Of a DNA stretch of 64,000 nucleotides, positions 62,901-64,000 are shown piece after piece. The notes beneath the pieces are model-generated. The model did no database searches, was not told where the DNA came from, and was given only the letters and a program-made list of their open reading frames with translations. A program made the position numbers and the translations under genes. The DNA comes from an uncultured Bacilli bacterium (lineage in GTDB: Bacteria > Bacillota_I > Bacilli_A > RF39 > UBA660): contig CAKOKX010000001.1 in the NCBI GenBank assembly GCA_934096035.1, positions 694,989-758,988 on the forward strand, in the 5' to 3' direction. The first letter of the stretch is position 1; the number at the start of each line of letters is the position of its first letter.

Positions 62901-62979
62901 CACCTGCAGAAACTATAATATTTGTTCCCTCTAAGTCAACCGCCAATTGTTGTTCAGGCGTTAAATTCATCATCTTCAC
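59902..62979 (-). CDS. addA: ATP-dependent helicase/nuclease subunit A (AddA)
   Basis: A UvrD-like N-terminus (SAGAGSGKT) and a C-terminal PD-(D/E)xK nuclease with IIDYKL. Confidence 0.8.
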   Translation of the reverse strand: MKMMNLTPEQQLAVDLEGTNIIVSAGAGSGKTAVLSERVIRKLKDGIDIRNILMLTFTNEAAGEMANRIRKKIKKAGLTSQLEFLDQAYITTFDAFALSLVKKYHYVLNIDKSIDIIDSSIIDLKRNEFLEEIFLSLYDAKDEKFLKLIGDFTTRDDEVIKKAILSINKSLDLKYDKEDYIDNYVNNFYNNKYIEQLFAEYFNYLKKISLELEDSVLILENFMDSSSYENIYNSLSKLFRPNSYNDLYKNNNIILPRFTKVDSSGISVKENIQELFKELNELVIYSEDELKNNYFCTRDYVEVILKIIKMLDEKINLYKKEHNSYEFTDIAKMAISIVKDNEDIRLELKDKFNEIMIDEYQDTNDLQETFIKLLENDNVYMVGDIKQSIYRFRNANPLIFKDKYDRYSINNGGKKIDLLKNFRSREEVLYNINEIFAPLMTQDIGGINYKESHAMVYGNKAYIEKGANDYNNYLDILTYNNEDKKYTNDEIEAFIIAKDIKKKIEEKYLVFDFDKECNRDVTYNDFCIILDRGSKMSLFKKVFEYLDIPMEVYKDNNLIEENDIFIIKNIIGLILSIKDGIYNKNLKYYFTSVARSYIGNLCDNEIFKCFEENKIFKTDIYNKCYEISKDIDIMTPNILLKRIIKDFDFYDKFILVGNVDAAIKRINYLLELSKNVENLGFSIIDFSNYLNEMIDSDQEIKYKEGKSNSISVKIMNIHKSKGLEFPICYFAGFPKTFNISDLKNKFMFDNKYGILTPFYKEGIGETFVKTLAKNNYYLNEVAEKIRLFYVALTRAKEKMIMVMPNIEDKKYVKDEISFMDGIKFRSFYDFIKSISGNLSKYMINIDLNNVGVTKDYEFSKSLSKNMVNNEESNMLFIEDEIPFIEIEKKHASKTIKEILSVSDEKTLEFGTKIHELLELTDFKNANTDNKYVNHLLNTFDFNSAKIYQELEFSYELDDVLYHGIIDLMLEYEDKIFIIDYKLKNIDDENYIKQLNVYYNYVKCISNKDVHMYLYSILDNVTKEII

Positions 62980-64000
62980 CTCCGATAATTACTTCATCAC
63001 TTTTTGTTTTAAAACATATATCTTTAAATTTACAATAAGTACAAGAAATATTTTTACCTTTTAAAACTTTTGGATTTATAAAAAACTTCCCAGTAATAAC
63101 ATTTTTTATTGTATCATCAATAATATTTTGAACTTTAACAATCATATCATCCATTTCTTTATTACTTAACACCTTACTTGTAGAATAAAAAGAACCATCT
63201 TTTTTAAATTTTAAACCTTTAATCATTTTACTATTTAAGTAATTTGAATCTATTAAAGAAATTATATTTTCATCACTATTAGTATATCCTTGTAATCTTA
63301 AATTTTCATTTTTTAGTTCTTCCAAGGATTTATTCTTTGTTATGTTAAAAACATTGTTCAATACTTTTTCGATATAAAATCCAGCAATAACGGAATCTTT
63401 AAATCTTTCAGAATTTTTAAGTAAATATAAGTAAATTGGTAATTGAATGTTTAATCCATATTCTAAAGTATCTAACTTTATATTTTTATCACCAGTTTTA
63501 TAATCTACAACAGCAATAACTTCTTTGCCATTATACTCTGTATTCATTACTTTATCTATAAATCCTTTAAACACTACATTTATATTATTATATTTTTTTT
63601 CTACAGCAAGCTCAGTTTCAAACAAATAATTTGTAAGCTTCGAATTTTTTTCTTGTTCATGTAAATATTTAAGCAAATAATCTAGCTCAGCACTTAGTTT
63701 GTGAACATAAAATAATTCTCTAGGGCCAAATGAAAAGTCTAATGTTTTCATAAATTCACTTATTTCCAAATCTATATCAATATCATTTTCTAATCCTTTT
63801 TCTAATATATGATGAACAATTTTTCCAATAATAATTTTAAAAGTTTCTTCATAAATATCTAAATTCATTATTCTAGATAAATAATATTTAAATCCGCATT
63901 CATTAAAAGATTCTAAACTTGTATAAGATAAAGTAAAATTATCATTAAGTCTTTCTTTTAATAAATCTGTGTCAATCATATTATATTTATTATTGTATTC
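62954..64000 (-). CDS. addB: ATP-dependent helicase/nuclease subunit B (AddB); only the C-terminal part lies in the window
   Basis: A RecB-type nuclease motif VVDYKTG and a C-terminal Fe-S Cys cluster CTYCKFKDIC. The ORF is open at the window end. Confidence 0.75.
   Translation of the reverse strand, partial: EYNNKYNMIDTDLLKERLNDNFTLSYTSLESFNECGFKYYLSRIMNLDIYEETFKIIIGKIVHHILEKGLENDIDIDLEISEFMKTLDFSFGPRELFYVHKLSAELDYLLKYLHEQEKNSKLTNYLFETELAVEKKYNNINVVFKGFIDKVMNTEYNGKEVIAVVDYKTGDKNIKLDTLEYGLNIQLPIYLYLLKNSERFKDSVIAGFYIEKVLNNVFNITKNKSLEELKNENLRLQGYTNSDENIISLIDSNYLNSKMIKGLKFKKDGSFYSTSKVLSNKEMDDMIVKVQNIIDDTIKNVITGKFFINPKVLKGKNISCTYCKFKDICFKTKSDEVIIGGEDDEFNA

Overview
This window comes from a very AT-rich genome whose gene content and order match a Firmicute chromosome. 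Anchors include the partial MiaB-family gene, recD2, mreC/mreD, SpoIVFA/SpoIVFB-like genes before rplU-prp-rpmA, trmB, and hrcA-grpE-dnaK-[tldD-tldE]-dnaJ behind a CIRCE operator. Further on are zupT, a XerC/D-type recombinase, rarA, gpsA and tcdA. A long minus-strand array of translation genes runs aspS (behind a T-box leader), asnS and gatCAB. The window ends with dtd, relA, a MurJ-type flippase, proS, xseA/xseB, nusB and addB/addA. I found no rRNA, tRNA or CRISPR. The most unusual locus is a divergent four-gene block at 39.7-47.0 kb. It has strong promoters and ribosome-binding sites and encodes a 490-aa J-domain (HPD) protein plus three large proteins (436, 479 and about 970 aa) in which I see no recognisable catalytic motifs. 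Other points worth a second look: a monocistronic HerA-like ATPase; a TldD/TldE pair sitting between dnaK and dnaJ; a PI3/4-kinase- or HipA-like mini-kinase and a GNAT gene inserted into nusB-xseA-xseB; a stand-alone C-terminal fragment of a HisRS-like protein and an unknown gene translationally coupled to aspS; an IS30-like remnant; a possible attenuator leader upstream of tcdA; and several small unannotated ORFs. All calls rest on reading the translations and sequence motifs by eye, with no database searches.
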